Shown: in pieces, positions 10,401 through 24,119 of the stretch
Layout of the letters: every line of letters begins with the position of its first letter
Position numbering within the stretch: position 1 is the stretch's first letter
From: Marsupella aquatica
Taxonomy: Eukaryota > Plantae > Marchantiophyta
NCBI GenBank assembly: GCA_973895155.1
Contig: OZ316898.1
Span: 5,319,079 to 5,383,078 of the forward strand
Length of the DNA: 64,000 nucleotides
Reading direction: 5' to 3'
The notes under the pieces: generated by a model
Told to the model about the DNA's origin: nothing
The model's input: the letters and a program-made list of their open reading frames with translations, nothing else
The model's database searches: none
Made by a program: the position numbers and the translations under genes

Positions 10401-13400
10401 CTACCATTGACGTTGGAAGTAACGGGGTGCTATCTCAGACGTCACATGACTAACGCTAATGTGTGGAAGCAGACAATAGAGAAGCTAGGAAAGGCGCAAT
10501 CTGTTAATGGGCTTCGGGATGACAGAGTGTGGTCTTCCTTGAAAGTGAGCTATGATGGTCTTGATAGTGACCTACAAGGCATGTTCGTCGAAGCCGGGAC
10601 GTATTTCTTTGGGCAACGTGTACAGCAAGCCCTCGCAGCTTGGAGCACTGCTTATGGAAATTCAGATGCAGCCTGGGCTATCTTGCTCAGTACATCCATG
10701 GTGAAGGAAATAGACAGGAGGAAACTGTGGAATTGGCCCGATGACAAGATTGAGCCATGGGACGACGGCAAGGTGATATGGGTGCACGAGCACCTGCGTG
10801 ATCTGGCCAATAATCTCTCGACGGGGGCGACAGTATCGATGTGTGTGGGAGGGGGTTGCGCAGAAGTGGATCTTCTCAATGTTGTAAGTACAAACCAGAG
10901 ACTTCGTGACAAAATAGAGCCGGTTTTATTAATGAGCAATTGAAAGCAATGAATGTCAACATTTTGGAGAGTACACTCAGCTGCATTATATTTTCATCTC
11001 GACAATTGTTTCTTTTACAAGATTCAAGGACCTTTTGCGCTTTGGTAGTTTAGAACGGAAATTCAGTGGTTTTATCCGTGCTTACTTATGGCGCAGAATC
11101 CAGTTACATGACAATTGATACTCCTCCGTTTTCACTCAGTAGTTGTATTTTTCGGAAAACGCTTATTTGTGATTTCACGTGTCATCAGGTGAAATCCGAG
11201 ACAAAACACTTGCGGATAGTAGGCGGTTTGGCTATGCTAGGACCAACGAAGATTCGGTTAGAAATGCTGGATAAGCTGGAAGAATTGAAATATTTGGAGC
11301 TGCATTATGTTCCGCCTGAAGGGCTGAGCACGAACCTTCCAAAGAAGCTTTCCTTACTGATATGGAAATATCATTATGAAGGGGATTCCCTGCCGATCAG
11401 TCTGAAGGGAATGAACAATTTGGCTGTACTAGAACTCTCAGGGTGCACAATTTCGGAGGAATCTATTGACACATTGGGAACATTAACCAACCTGCGGACT
11501 CTATCGCTTCAGTATATGAAAGGACTTCACCGTCTCCCAGAGAATTTGGATCGTCTGTCCCAGTTGAATCGGTTGGAATTATCGGGACTGGAAACATTGC
11601 CGCATTCGATTGGTCACCTCCGGGCCCTGGAACATTTGGTGTTAGACTGTCGCAACTTTAAGTATTTGCCGGATTCTTTTGGCAATCTGTCTTCTCTGGC
11701 AACATTACAGATGAATCACTGTAACCGGCTTAGAAGTCTGCCCGACTCCTTTGGGCGACTCACGTCTTTGACAACCTTCCAAATCCAAATGTGCGAAATG
11801 CTAGATAAGGTGCCGGAAACGTTCGGAGCTCTCAAGGCTCTTAAAACATTCTGGATAACGAAGGCTAAGCGCCTGAAGGCCCTACCCGAAAGCCTTGGCA
11901 ACTTATCTGCTCTCACATATTTGTCTCTCGTAGGTTGTGAGATTCTTGAAAGTCTGCCTGCGAGCTTTGGTATGCCCTCTTCTTTGGAAGAACTTGAGTT
12001 GCGTGAGCTCGAGCGGCTAGATACGGTGCCGAAAACGTTTGGAGACCTCAAGGCACTTAAAAGATTAGTGATAGCGGATGCTAAGCGCCTGAAGTCCCTA
12101 CCCGAAAGCTTTGGCAACTTACCTGCTCTCACAGATTTGCATCTCGAAGGTTGTGAGATTCTTGAAAGTCTGCCTGCGAGCTTTGGCATGCTCTCTTCTT
12201 TGGAAGAACTTGAGTTGCGTGAGCTGGAGCGGCTAGATACGGTGCCGAAAACGTTTGGAGACCTCAAGGCACTTAAAAGATTAGTGATAGCGGATGCTAA
12301 GCGCCTGAAGTCCCTACCCGAAAGCTTTGGCAACTTACCTGCTCTCACAGATTTGCATCTCGAAGGTTGTGAGATTCTTGAAAGTCTGCCTGCGAGCTTT
12401 GGCATGCTCTCTTCTTTGGAAGAACTTGAGTTGCGTAAGCTGGAGCGGCTAGATACGGTGCCGAAAACGTTTGGAGACCTCAAGGCACTTAAAAGATTAG
12501 TGATAGCGGATGCTAAGCGCCTGAAGTCCCTACCCGAAAGCTTTGGCAACTTATATGCTCTCACAGATTTGCGTCTCAAACATTGTGAGAGTCTTGAAAG
12601 TCTGCCTGCGAGCTTTGGCATGCTTTCTTCTTTGGAAGAACTTGAGTTGCGTGAGCTGGAGCGGCTAGATACGGTGCCGAAAACGTTTGGAGACGTCAAG
12701 GCACTTAAAAGATTAGTGATAGCGGGGGCTAAGCGCCTGAAGTCCCTACCCGAAAGCTTTGGCAACTTATATGCTCTCACAGATTTGCGTCTCGAACGTT
12801 GTGAGAGTCTTGAAAGTCTGCCTGCGAGCTTTGGCATGCTCTCTTCTTTGGAAGAACTTGAGTTGCATCAGCTGGAGCGGATAGATGCGGTGCCGAAAAC
12901 GTTTGGAGACCTCAAGGCGCTTAAAAGATTAGTGATAGCGGAGGCTAAGCGCCTGAAGTCCCTACCCGAAAGCTTTGGCAACTTATATGCTCTCACAGAT
13001 TTGTGGCTCAGACGTTGTGAGAGTCTTGAAAGTCTGCCTGCGAGCTTTGGCATGCTCTCGTCTTTGGAAGAACTTGTTTTGGGTTGGGTGGAGCGGCTAG
13101 ATACGGTGCCGAAAACGTTTGGAGACCTCAAGGCACTTAAAAGATTAGTGATAGCGGAGGCTAAGCGCCTGAAGTCCCTACCCGAAAGCTTTGGCAACTT
13201 ATATGCTCTCACAGATTTGCGTCTCATACGTTGTGAGAGTCTTGAAAGTCTGCCTGCGAGCTTTGGCATGCTCTCTTCTTTGGAAGAACTTGAGTTGCGT
13301 GAGCTGGAGCGGCTAGATACGGTGCCGAAAACGTTTGGAGACCTCAAGGCACTTAAAAGATTAGTGATAGCGGATGCTAAGCGCCTGAAGTCCCTACCCG

Positions 13401-14521
13401 AAAGCTTTGGCAACTTATATGCTCTCATAGATTTGCGTCTCGAACGTTGTGAGAGTCTTGAAAGTCTGCCTGCGAGCTTTGGCATGCTCTCGTCTTTGGA
13501 AGAACTTGTTTTGGGTGCGGTGGAGCGGCTAGATACGGTGCCGGAAACGTTCGGAGATCTCAAGGCTCTTACAAAAGTAGACATAATGAGGGCCACACGC
13601 CTGAAGGCCCTACCCGAAAGCTTTGGCAACTTATCTGCTCTCAAATACTTGTGTCTCCATGGTTGTGACAGTCTTAAAAAATTGCCGACGAGTTTCGGGA
13701 ATCTCTCTTCGTTAGTAGAATTAAAGCTCAATTCCTGTGACCAGCTGCTGCTGGAGACTTTGGGTCATCTCAAGGCTCTGAAAACATTAGAATTACTTTG
13801 GTGCAATTACCAGGAGGTGCTACCCGACAGTTTGGGGACCCTCTCTTCACTGACAACGTTTGAGATGAGGGGGGAAAGGTTGCAGACCCTCCCGAGAACC
13901 ATAGGACTGCTTCACTCACTGACGACACTGAGGATTGTGGGGAGCAGCCTAAGCAGTATACCCGAAGAACTCGGTAACCTGTCATCTCTAGCTATTCTGT
14001 TGCTTCAATCTTGTCACAGGATAGAGACCCTTCCGGACGGGTTAGGGCGCATTTCCTCGCTGAGACGAGTAATACTCAATGATTGCCCGAAATTGAAGAA
14101 TGTACCAGATAGTTGGGGAGAGGACTTAGCGCCTCGTGAAGACAGAAGTATCGAGACAAGGAGAACAGAACGGGGGCAGTGCTCCCAGAACGCTTGTGCG
14201 TACCCGGAGAGGATTCGGCTATTTGTGGCTCGCTGTCCATTCCTCAGTGATCGGGAACTGCGAAGATTGGGCTGGATTGAGTTTAATCCCGGAAGTTCCG
14301 ATCATCTTCTATCTGCAAACGGTGTTCACGGTTACTCTATTATGTATCGGGGAAGGTGGTACCAGAGACAAGGGCCTCTCTCAGATCATAACGTGCCTCT
14401 AAAGCCGCGCAACGAAGTTCGAACTCTCCTAACGAAGGTCGTGGAAAAAACAAAGCAGAAATCAGCGGAAATCTTTATTTTGTTTGTTTGTTTGTTTGTT
14501 TTGGTTTTTGGTTGGCCTTGA
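7429..14521 (+). CDS. alpha/beta-hydrolase-NB-ARC-LRR immune receptor (HNL-type NLR), ~1760 aa; predicted exons 7429-7503, 7721-8344, 8732-8902, 9807-10883, 11189-14521
   Basis: All predicted introns are GT-AG and phase 0. Hydrolase motifs: FFHGL, GHCFGG, STPHHGS, DHFAICKP (SERAC1/SesB-like). NB-ARC motifs: GMGGIGKTT, LIVLDGVD, GSRLIITSRD, GGLPL, VHEHLRD. A long LRR array follows. The first exon is the least certain. Confidence 0.9.
11801..13672 (+). repeat. Eight full 216-nt LRR-triplet units plus a partial ninth
   Basis: The anchor recurs every 216 nt from 11801 to 13529. Units are nearly identical at the nucleotide level. Confidence 0.95.
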
Positions 14522-14810
14522 AACGGAAAGCTCACCCATCCACACAGGATGGACGATTGACTCAGGAGCATGCACCTCTGTATGGTAGCCCACAAGGGAG
14601 GTCCATACCCAGGACCAGGAGGGAGAGAGGGTTCGACGAGAGCCCAAAGCGGTTCAGCCAGGGCTGAGGAGAAACCAGTACTCCCACCACTATACCCGGC
14701 TCACACACACACTCACCCTCCACAACCCTTGCACGTGAAGGGGGGATTGAACTTGGGACCTCTAGATACTAGGTTCATCCCCTGGCCAACTGACCACAGC
14801 CAGATGGTTC
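14474..14810 (-). mobile_element. tRNA-derived SINE, copy B (co-duplicated with the NLR)
   Basis: Same head, body and (AAAC)n tail as copy A, without the internal amplification. Confidence 0.7.
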
Positions 14811-16269
14811 ACAATTTGGGTCTTGTGTAACAATATGATCTGCTTTCTATCTGACTCACAAAGCACAATCAGATGCTACTCCCTATGTTTAGACACTGGG
14901 CCTATTGTCTAGAGTGAAGCCGCATATTGTCTAGACTGGAGCCTCTAGACCAAGGGGCTTGAATTGAGGATGCAGATAAAAAACAATAATGGGGGCAAAG
15001 ATGAAGATGAAATAACATGTAATCCTTCTTTCAGTTAGGTGTTTTTCTCATCTCTTTTGAATGGGTAATCAGGCGGAACAGATTGAAACTGGTCATGTGT
15101 GTGGGCTTAAACTAGCATGAACAAAGGTAGCTAAACACCAGCGTTCCAGTGCGCAGTGCCTGCTGTTAATAGTACAGTAGGTCATTCCAGTGTGCAGTGC
15201 CTGCTGTTAATAGTACTCTAGGTCATTCCATGATGGGTATTATGGTCATCAAGCAATTATAGTTTCAAGCTCCTCACTGGGCATCTAACCAAGAGAGCCA
15301 AGCTCGAAGTTTCTTCAATTTTGAAACGTCCTGTTCATAGTTCTCTAGGTCATTCCATGATGGGTATATGGTCATCAAGCAATTATAGTTACAAGCTCCT
15401 GGGCAGCTAACCAAGAGAGCCAAGCTCGAAGTTTCTTCAATTTTGAAACGAATGCGTTTATATAACGTTTGTCATGGGAGCACCGTTTTGTAGAAAGCTG
15501 CAGAATTAGTACTAATTTGTTTCTATTTGGTCATAAAATGGCATCTCTCTCCCAATAGCTCAATGAACATTACTGTTGTCATATAAAGGTTACACAAACT
15601 AGAAGAGAAAGTCTCCTCAGTGGTTTCAGGACAAGCAATGGCAGTGTTGAGTTTGAAGATTACAGGTTGCAACGCTCTCCACACAGCTTGAAAACACTCT
15701 CTCATGCATCGAGCATCACAGATTCTTTTTCATACCACACATCTTTTAAGAAAGATTCATTGGCAGGATGCTTAACATACAGCAAGAAGTTTACAAGACA
15801 GAATAATGCCTACAAATGTAGAATAGTGCCTCCTCTCTATTGTGAAGGTATGAAGGTGACGGACTCCAACTGCTGTGGAGAGACCACCAGTCGCAGCCGT
15901 GACTATAAACGAAGGTTTGCAAAGTTTCCTCCAGCATTGTGATTAATTGCAGTACCAGCTGTGCGAGACCAACGGGTTGAAACAGATCTCTGTTTGAGTC
16001 TCTTTCCTTTGGGAGTGCTGGAATAACATTCAGGCTGCTTATGTTTGGCTCCAAATTTCTCAAAAATTGCCGTTGGCCTTATGGAGGATGGGACTAGCTT
16101 TATCGGGCGTCACTCTGCTAAATCTCCCAGCCTGTATTCTACTCCAGCAAAGTCTCAGCCTTTCAGAAGTATCCACCCCCAAAAGAACTCAAGCTCCGTT
16201 CTAGTACCCAAGTCCCACTTTCATAAGCTTTAGCCTCAGATCAAAATTCTGATGGTGGAAACATGCTCC

Positions 16270-19200
16270 TCATGGACAAATCTCAGTCTCGGAAACGAGG
16301 AGGAAAAGCACAGACGAGTAGCTCAGCATTGGATACTGAAACGAATTCAGAAAATGAGCATACTGGGCCAAAGCCGTTTCTCGATTTGGAACTTCATCAG
16401 ATAGAAAATCGTATGGAGTAACTTTGCTGGTGTCAACTAGAGGAAACCACTTGTAACCAGGTCTTTCAGGTAGTGAAACTGTCACAGGCAAATGGCTGGC
16501 ATTGAAGGCAACATAAAGTTCCTTACTTTGAGAGTCAACCTGCGTGTAAGACAGGGATGTTAGCTCAAGAAACGATTTGAAATGAATTGCAGATAAACGA
16601 AACGCTACCCTATAGGTGAATAGGTTGTTTGCTTGGACACGCACTCAGCTGCAGATATGGACGACGGAAAACTTCTCCTCTTTTGTGAGAGATTACAGAG
16701 CATTCGGTAACACCACTTCAAAAATGTCGAGAGATTCTGAACTCCAAATGAGCGAAATGTCATAGGGAGAGCAATACCAGTGACAAAGCTACAAATCTAC
16801 TTGTCTCCGACCAGTCAGGCAGGTTTGGTGTCACGCCGTGCCACTCTAGACGTTCCGCAGTCGGGAATTCTCCTAGCCTTAGTGCTTCACATTGGCTGGA
16901 AAATCATTCCGTCAGTACAGTTTTTTCACTGTGGACGGGACAGTAGTAAGCAGAAGAAACAACTTGAAAACTAGACTAAGTTTCTGCATCCATCTCGTTT
17001 AAATTGCTTCCTATTATGAGAAGATAACGTTCAGATTATACTCGAATTCTAAGTCATCCCTCAGAAACACTCATTCCTCTTTTGCATATTATCCGAAACT
17101 GTTCTCGAGAGCAAGTAAACGGAAATTCCTTAAGAAGAGAGGTAAGATATTCAGCTCTGCACCTTCTAAAGTTAATTAGAAGCCGGGAAAATCTGTAGAA
17201 GCCTTGGGGATCTTGACTCTTTTTGTCCCACTGAAAATAATTTATCTGAAAAGCACAAAAGCATGGTCATCTCTCGACTTACTAACAACTCAATGCTGGG
17301 TCTCTGATGAGATGCCCGTACCACGTCATCCAAACCAAACTGAAGCAATCAGGACAAACGATCTAATTTGGTCTGTTTGACACAACTTGAGGATGCTTTT
17401 CTCCACATGCAACCAATCTCAATTCGCCTTCAGGGGTACGTGTTGTCAATCTGCTTACATCGTTGTCATGACAGTACGTGTTGTTGTTCCCTCCTTTCGT
17501 ATGTCCATACTCATCGCCCATAGTTAGCATTGGCACTCCCTGCAGATCATAGAACAACCATTCCAAAATTAAACAAAGCTTGGGAATAATAGGAACCGAG
17601 GCATTTATAACTGTTTTCTTTGGCTAATTCCTTACCTGAGAAACCATTAGTGTTAACATAAAATTCCGGAGCTGTCTTTGTCTCAGCCGCTGCACTGGCA
17701 AGCTCTGGGTATATCCTTCCTGATAACCACATCCCAGATATTTGTCAGTTCGTAAGTGCTAAGGATGCCATCGAAGGTACAGGTCCGTCTTGACAAAACC
17801 AACATTCTCTTGAATCATAGTTAACATGTCTTGCGGCTTATCAATGCGCTCATAAGCCCTTGACTTCGACCTTGCACAAAGATATGTTTCCTGAAGTTTC
17901 CTGAAAATCACGTCTTCCGTCCTGGCTAAAGTGCTTTAAGAAAAGTGTTCATGAGAGCAAGCGAACTTGGTCAGTCCAAAACGCACACTCTCAGTAAAGA
18001 CAAGTAGATGGATTTGAGTACACAGATTACCTCCCCGCAATTCCAGCTATTGTTGTGGCTTTCACCATCATTATTGCCCTCTCCGTTGGCTTCATTGTGT
18101 TTCTCATTGTAAGACACCAAATCTGCCAACGTGAAGCCATCATGGGCTGTTACAAAATTGATGCTATGCCAGGGTTTCCTGCCACTTTCCTGCATGTGCG
18201 TCCAAGGCCATTGCTTCAGGATTTGCTTACTGCTGCTTAACAATGAACTAAATCTCGCAACAGCTTGCGCACCACACAGTGACATTGAATACCTGTAAGA
18301 CATTTCTAAAATCTAGCAAATCACAATTGAATTGAGGAATCCATAAAATGTCTGTACCTGATACAACTGTGGAGAGCCACATAGACATCCTGCAAATGAA
18401 CCGACCATCCCATTCGTGCCTTTTATGAACTGTCGTACTGTATCGCGAAACTGCAGGATCAAATAACCACAGCTGGAATGTCAAACAATTTACAACCCAG
18501 TACCGTCTCCTTGAATACCACGAGATTATCTCAGCAATAGTGACATGAATCTGAAAAAGACAAAACTATTCCATCTCCTGTGCCTTGGTTTATACCGCCC
18601 GAATCGTAAGAAGGTTTAAGGTCATAGATATGTACAGGGATAAGGCCCTGCTGTTTGTGATCTAGTGTACCTGTCCATTCCATTCAGACCAGACCCCCCA
18701 GTGTGGAAAACTGCCGACTTGGTACAGACCGCCTGTGTCCCACGCTTCCGCTATCAACTGCCAAAATACATCAAGGCTTGTGTCGGGTCAGGCAGGTATA
18801 GAAGTAGACCAGGCGAGGTATCGCGCCAGGCTAATCTGCCATTCAAACATCAGTACTTAGGAGATCAGAAATCTCCTTTAAACTGCACCTTTGTTTTTAA
18901 GTTGTAAAGGAAAGTTCTGGGAGGAGTGTACCTTTACTCCACGGAGAACTGGATCATTGCTCATCATGTCAATCAAGGGCGGTTCATTCAGTGGAGTTCC
19001 CGTTGTCACTGTGTCCCATTCACGCCCCTCAGTGGTGCCGTAGACATTTTCTTTGTCCCAAAGACTGCCACACAGCGGATCCTCATAATGAAACCCGGTT
19101 ACTTGGTATCAAATCTCTTCAAGTCTCCCTGTCCTTTAGTACATAAAGGACTATCAAAACTTGTTTTAAGAACTTAAGTGAACTACTGTTGCATTAGGTT

Positions 19201-22200
19201 CGGCAACCTGCCAGGGAAAATGAAATACCAACAATCACCTAAGAGCCCTGGCATTCCATAGCAACATACCTGCTTGCTCGAGTCAATATTGAAGCAAGGT
19301 CAAAGCGAAATCCGTCCACGTGCATCTCAAGCACCCAATATCTGTTCCAGTCTCATTCCAATTAGACAATTGTTTGCAATTCAAACGGCACCTGTACGGT
19401 CAATGGACGCCAAATGTGTACCTGAGACAGTCAATGATGAACCTTCGGACAATTGGGTGGTTACAGTTGAAAGTATTTCCACAGCCCGAATAGTTGTAGA
19501 ACTCACCCTGCCATACAACCGTAGGCTGTTAGTCCTTCTTGGACCTTAGTTGAAGCAACTACATCAATACTCCAAACCACTCTAAACAAAGGCTCTAAAT
19601 CTCTTTGTTTATGAGCTAGAAACAAGGGATACAGCAATCTTAATTCGCACGAACAGTGCTTTTCACGCCAAGACATGAGTATCTCTTATGGAAACCATTG
19701 CTGCACAATATGAACAATGTGCCTTATCAACCTGACGTAGAAACCTGTCAACAGTTCAAGTGGACTTAATCTTACCTTTGGAGCTATCATGTAGTAGACC
19801 TGGTTATCCAATCCTCTAAATGAGAGAGTTGGGCCCATCTCATTTCCTTCTGCAGTGTGGTTGAAAACAACATCCATCAAAACCTGAAGATCATAGCTCC
19901 CACAAACCAACATTCTTTGGGGCGTCAGGAAAATGAATCTTGTCGCACCTACCGTCTGCAAAATAAGATTTCCTCAGCATATATCGAATCCTTCCATCGC
20001 AAAAACAAAACTCCTACAATTTTTTTCATTTATTTAGTTCTTTATGGAACTGACCAAGAAAAGAAAGCACTCATCCCTCCAATCTCTGCACTGTTAAAGT
20101 AGTACCTCCATTCCAAGTTTGTGTGCCTCTCTGACTAACGTCTTAAATTCCTTGATTGCATCTCGACCACAGTTTGAAGCTCCAGCAGCAGCATATCGTG
20201 ACATTGGAGAAAAAAAGTTGATAGTAGAGTAACCCCAAAAGTTCATCCTGGTGTAATCCAGAAGAATATTAGCAAAGAAAAGACCCTGAGATTGCTGGGA
20301 TTCAATGTCGGACGATGATCAGAAATACTACACGTGGAAACTTTGGATAACAGCATTCAACCGCCCAGCAATTGTTGCTGGTGCAGAGCAACTGTCAAGT
20401 AGACAATTAAGATATGTTCTGCCATACTGGAGGAGGATCCAAAGCTCTAGGCGTGCACAGTTGCATTAAAAGACGGACATGAACTCTGACCCTAGATAAC
20501 TCCCATCAACTCAGGAGAGGTTGCGCTTACTTGTGGTCTTGCATGACAGGATTGTACGCATAATACTCCAGTTCATTAAACTCGTGGATTGGCATAAGCT
20601 CAATGCAGTTGATTCCTAACTCCTGCGAATGAAATATCAGAAATTAGAAGGAGAACTACATTTGAGTACTCATGGCAGAAAACGAAAAACTAGAACAGAT
20701 AAACTGTAATCAGATTTAGAATAACAGTTTACCTTCAGATGCACAAGCTTTTCTACCAGGCCGAGGTATGTTCCTGGATGAGTGACCTCACTGGATGAGT
20801 GCCGCGTGAACCCTCGCACATGCATTTCATATATGATAAGATCTTGTTGCTTAAGTCGTGGAGGAGAGTCTCCCTCCCAGTCAAACTGCCATTGCAGCAG
20901 CTGAATGTAATTGCTAGTCCCAGAAGAGAGAATGCAAAGATAGCACCTCAGTGCAGCTCTGTTCCACAAAACTAGTTCTATGATCAATCATCTTCACCAT
21001 AGCAATAGATCTTTGGAAATAATGAGCAATATCAAACTAATATAAGACTGCCCTGGTGTGTACCTCATCGTCGATATTTGGCACCATGCCTGCCATTTGT
21101 GGCCAACAATTCCCACCAGAGCCCAATGATCCATACTCGTGGCGGCTTATCACTGCCTTGAATGTCACAAGACAAGGGACATCAACAACCAATATGAAAA
21201 CTGCTTTGGAAACTAAGGATTGAACATAATCGTTTAAATAAGGAAATACTGGAGATATGAAAAGTCACCTTCGCATAGGGATCAACAAGTATGCTCCTTG
21301 GATTATAGCAGCATCCTTCTTCCAGAGAATAACGCCCATCCACTCGGTAGCCATACAGCAAGTTGGGGGCAATGTCAGGCAAGAAGACATGCCACACGTC
21401 TCCAGTCCTGTTAAAATTTGGATGGAGATGAATCTCTGCGGTGACATGTCCCTGCCAATTGCAATACTCGGATTTACACTCTAGCCGTCAATGCATCAAA
21501 ATCATGCTTTAACAATTTCACAAGGCCTTTTGATGAATCCTCTGATGGTGAATTTCTTGCACTAGTCTCCTCTCAACAAGGCTGTGGTCTCTCACAAATT
21601 GCCTCAGGTGGATTACAATCGCCTTTATTCGAAATTAACCAGTCCAAAGGAGATTTCGCAGATGAGAAAGTCGTAAAGACCAGACAACGAATTTGCTCAA
21701 AGTCGAACCCAATCAACTGCCGTGGTTTCCAATTTTCGATTCTGCAGTCTCCAGGAAGAAAAATGAAGAAAACAAAGGGAAGCAAAATGAGAACAGCAGA
21801 CAATCAAATCAAAGAAAGAATCAGACGACATATGATTTAACGGAATGGCGAGGGCACCAACCTTCTGCAAATCTGCTTCGGTGAAGAGGCAAATGGACAC
21901 AGCTGAAGCGCCGCTAGAATGGACCGAAAAATTGACTCCACCGTCCATGGCCGAGGGGCCGAAAGGCAGAGGTCGTCCTCTGAGAGGCTTACCACACAGA
22001 CGACGGGCCTGCTGCCCTGATTCGCTCTTCACGCCATGCTTTCTCTCCAGATTTGCATTGTCCGAGCTGACCCCAGTGAGACTACAAACCGTCCTATGCA
22101 GCAGGGAATTTCCGCACCCAATTCTCATCAAACTTGCTCCTAGGTCTCCACATTGCTTATTGACACGATGAAAGAGCTCCCTTGACAGCACACGTGGGAC

Positions 22201-22383
22201 CAATTTGCTCCCTCTTTGGTTATGGTCTGAGAAGGTGAAGGCCACTTGCCGGGGGGCCAAATGGCGGAGGAGCACCACTGGCTTGGGAGAGCAAGGATTC
22301 CGATAGCCACAGAATGGAGCAGACAGAGAACACGAGGAGCCAGTGGGGCTCAGTACCGGGAGGGCAGCAGGAACAATCATCAT
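16270..22383 (-). CDS. ISA1: Isoamylase 1 (GH13 starch debranching enzyme, plastid), 18 exons
   Basis: Exons encode, in order: [158 protein letters not shown]...YPMLSYSS. The N-terminus resembles a transit peptide. Confidence 0.93.
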
Positions 22384-22438
22384 TGTGCCTGCCCCTGACT
22401 CTCTGTGTGTCTGCTTCCCTCCCTCTTTCTCTCAGTCT

Positions 22439-22622
22439 TGATCCCGGAACTTAATTCAAGCCCGCCTGCTCTCTCGCATTTGATGTTGCGACCTAGCACT
22501 ATTCCCTCTCAATTTTAATTCCGTTTCCCTCTCTCATGATCCCGGAGCTTAATTCAAGCCCGCCTGCTTGCTCCTTGCATTCGATGCGGCGACCTAGAGC
22601 TTATCCCTCTCAATTTGAATTC
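22439..22622. repeat. ~98-bp tandem duplication in the ISA1 5' leader
   Basis: GATCCCGGA(A/G)CTTAATTCAAGCCCGCCTGCT...CCCTCTCAATTT occurs at ~22440 and ~22538. Confidence 0.75.
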
Positions 22623-23310
22623 AACCCAAGCTCTACCGTAATCTACTCAACCGGCTCCTCCTCCGCAATCGGAAACAGGTCATTTCAGAGCCGACATCAA
22701 TTTCCTTCTCTCTGAACTTCACTTCCACTGTTATTTGTCAATTCAGTTCCAACCTCCAATGACACTTCCTTTCTCCTGTGTTTTCCCACCTCAGCATCAG
22801 CATTCATTCACCTGCGCAATGGAATGGCTCATTCTCTCTCTCTCTCTTTCCGACGTCATTCGAGCTCCTACATAATTCTCCTCTCGTCCTCGGAATCGTC
22901 ATTCTCGCTCCCCCTCGTCACCCTGACGTCGATCATTTCGGTCACATTGAGCACAATGGCGCTGCCATGAGATCTCTCTCCCCTCCAACTCCTCTAATTT
23001 CCCTCTCAATGGTATCGAATTTGTTCCGAAAACCAACCACTTCTCTCGGAAGACTGGGCCCACAAAATACAAACGCAGAAAAGAGAGGAGGACCACAGAG
23101 AACGCGAAAAGTGGACTTCCATTGTTCGATGTTCAAATGCAGAGCGATGAAACGCTAAATTCGTCGTTCGGTTTCGTTGTTTCTCTCTGGAACAACAGAA
23201 TGCCACTCCTCCGTTCGTTTGGTGGAATCAACGGATGGATGGACAGCACCCACGTAAAACGGACGGAGGAGAAAAGCCTTACCTATTTGCCTTCATGATT
23301 TTTCTCTTTG

Positions 23311-23593
23311 TATTTTTTAATTTTTTTTTGAACGGAAATGGGGAGTAATACAATTAGACTCCCCCATCACAATGTGGCAGTTTTTTTGTAGGGAACCAGA
23401 CCAGGGTGAGCCCCAGGGATCCTACAAGACCCGCACCAGGAAGAAGAGAGGATTAAATCAGGGTCACAAAGTGGTCGACCAGGGTCCGAGCAGATAATCA
23501 GAACTCCAATCCACTACCCACTAAACTCATCCCACCCACACACATTGGACCTGGGACCTCTCAGTTCCAGGCAAATCCCTTAGCAAACTGACT
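23311..23593 (-). mobile_element. Diverged SINE, copy C
   Basis: T-run tail followed by TTGAACGGAAA. The head remnant (CTGGGACCTCT...CCCTTAGCAAACTGAC) matches copy A. Confidence 0.55.
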
Positions 23594-24119
23594 CTTTGTA
23601 GTTTTCACTGCATTCATGGAGAAAATGAGCACGCAAGATTTCAATGCATTCATGGAGAAAATGAGCACGCAAGATTTCAATGGGCTCACTGGTAAACTTC
23701 TCCTTTGTCTCACTAAAAGTAGTAAAAATAAAAAATTCATTAGATCTAGGTTAGGGTCCTGTTAACGTACATGAATAAAAAACCATGACTTATACATGTA
23801 AATTATTAAATTATTGATAGTGCCAAATAAAACATATCATACTCATGTTGCAAAGTTATATTAAAGGCTATATTATAGACAATAATAGTCCCTCTAAACT
23901 TGAGCTGAAGCTCTTGTTTTCCAGGACATTATGGCTCACACTACAATGTAACCAGGTCCATGACCAAACCTACATGACCACAATAAAGTGTACAATAGGC
24001 TGCACATTACATTCTGGACCTTTTTGAACAATATGATTCAGCAATATGTTTTGGGGGCCCATCACTTCAACCAAACTAAAGTTCAAACAATAATTATATA
24101 GATCTAGCCCTATGTTTGT

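Noticed and set aside
11716-13731. Long minus-strand ORFs (373 and 287 aa) over the LRR array
   Set aside because: These are antisense shadows: one stop-free 216-nt unit repeated gives long ORFs automatically.
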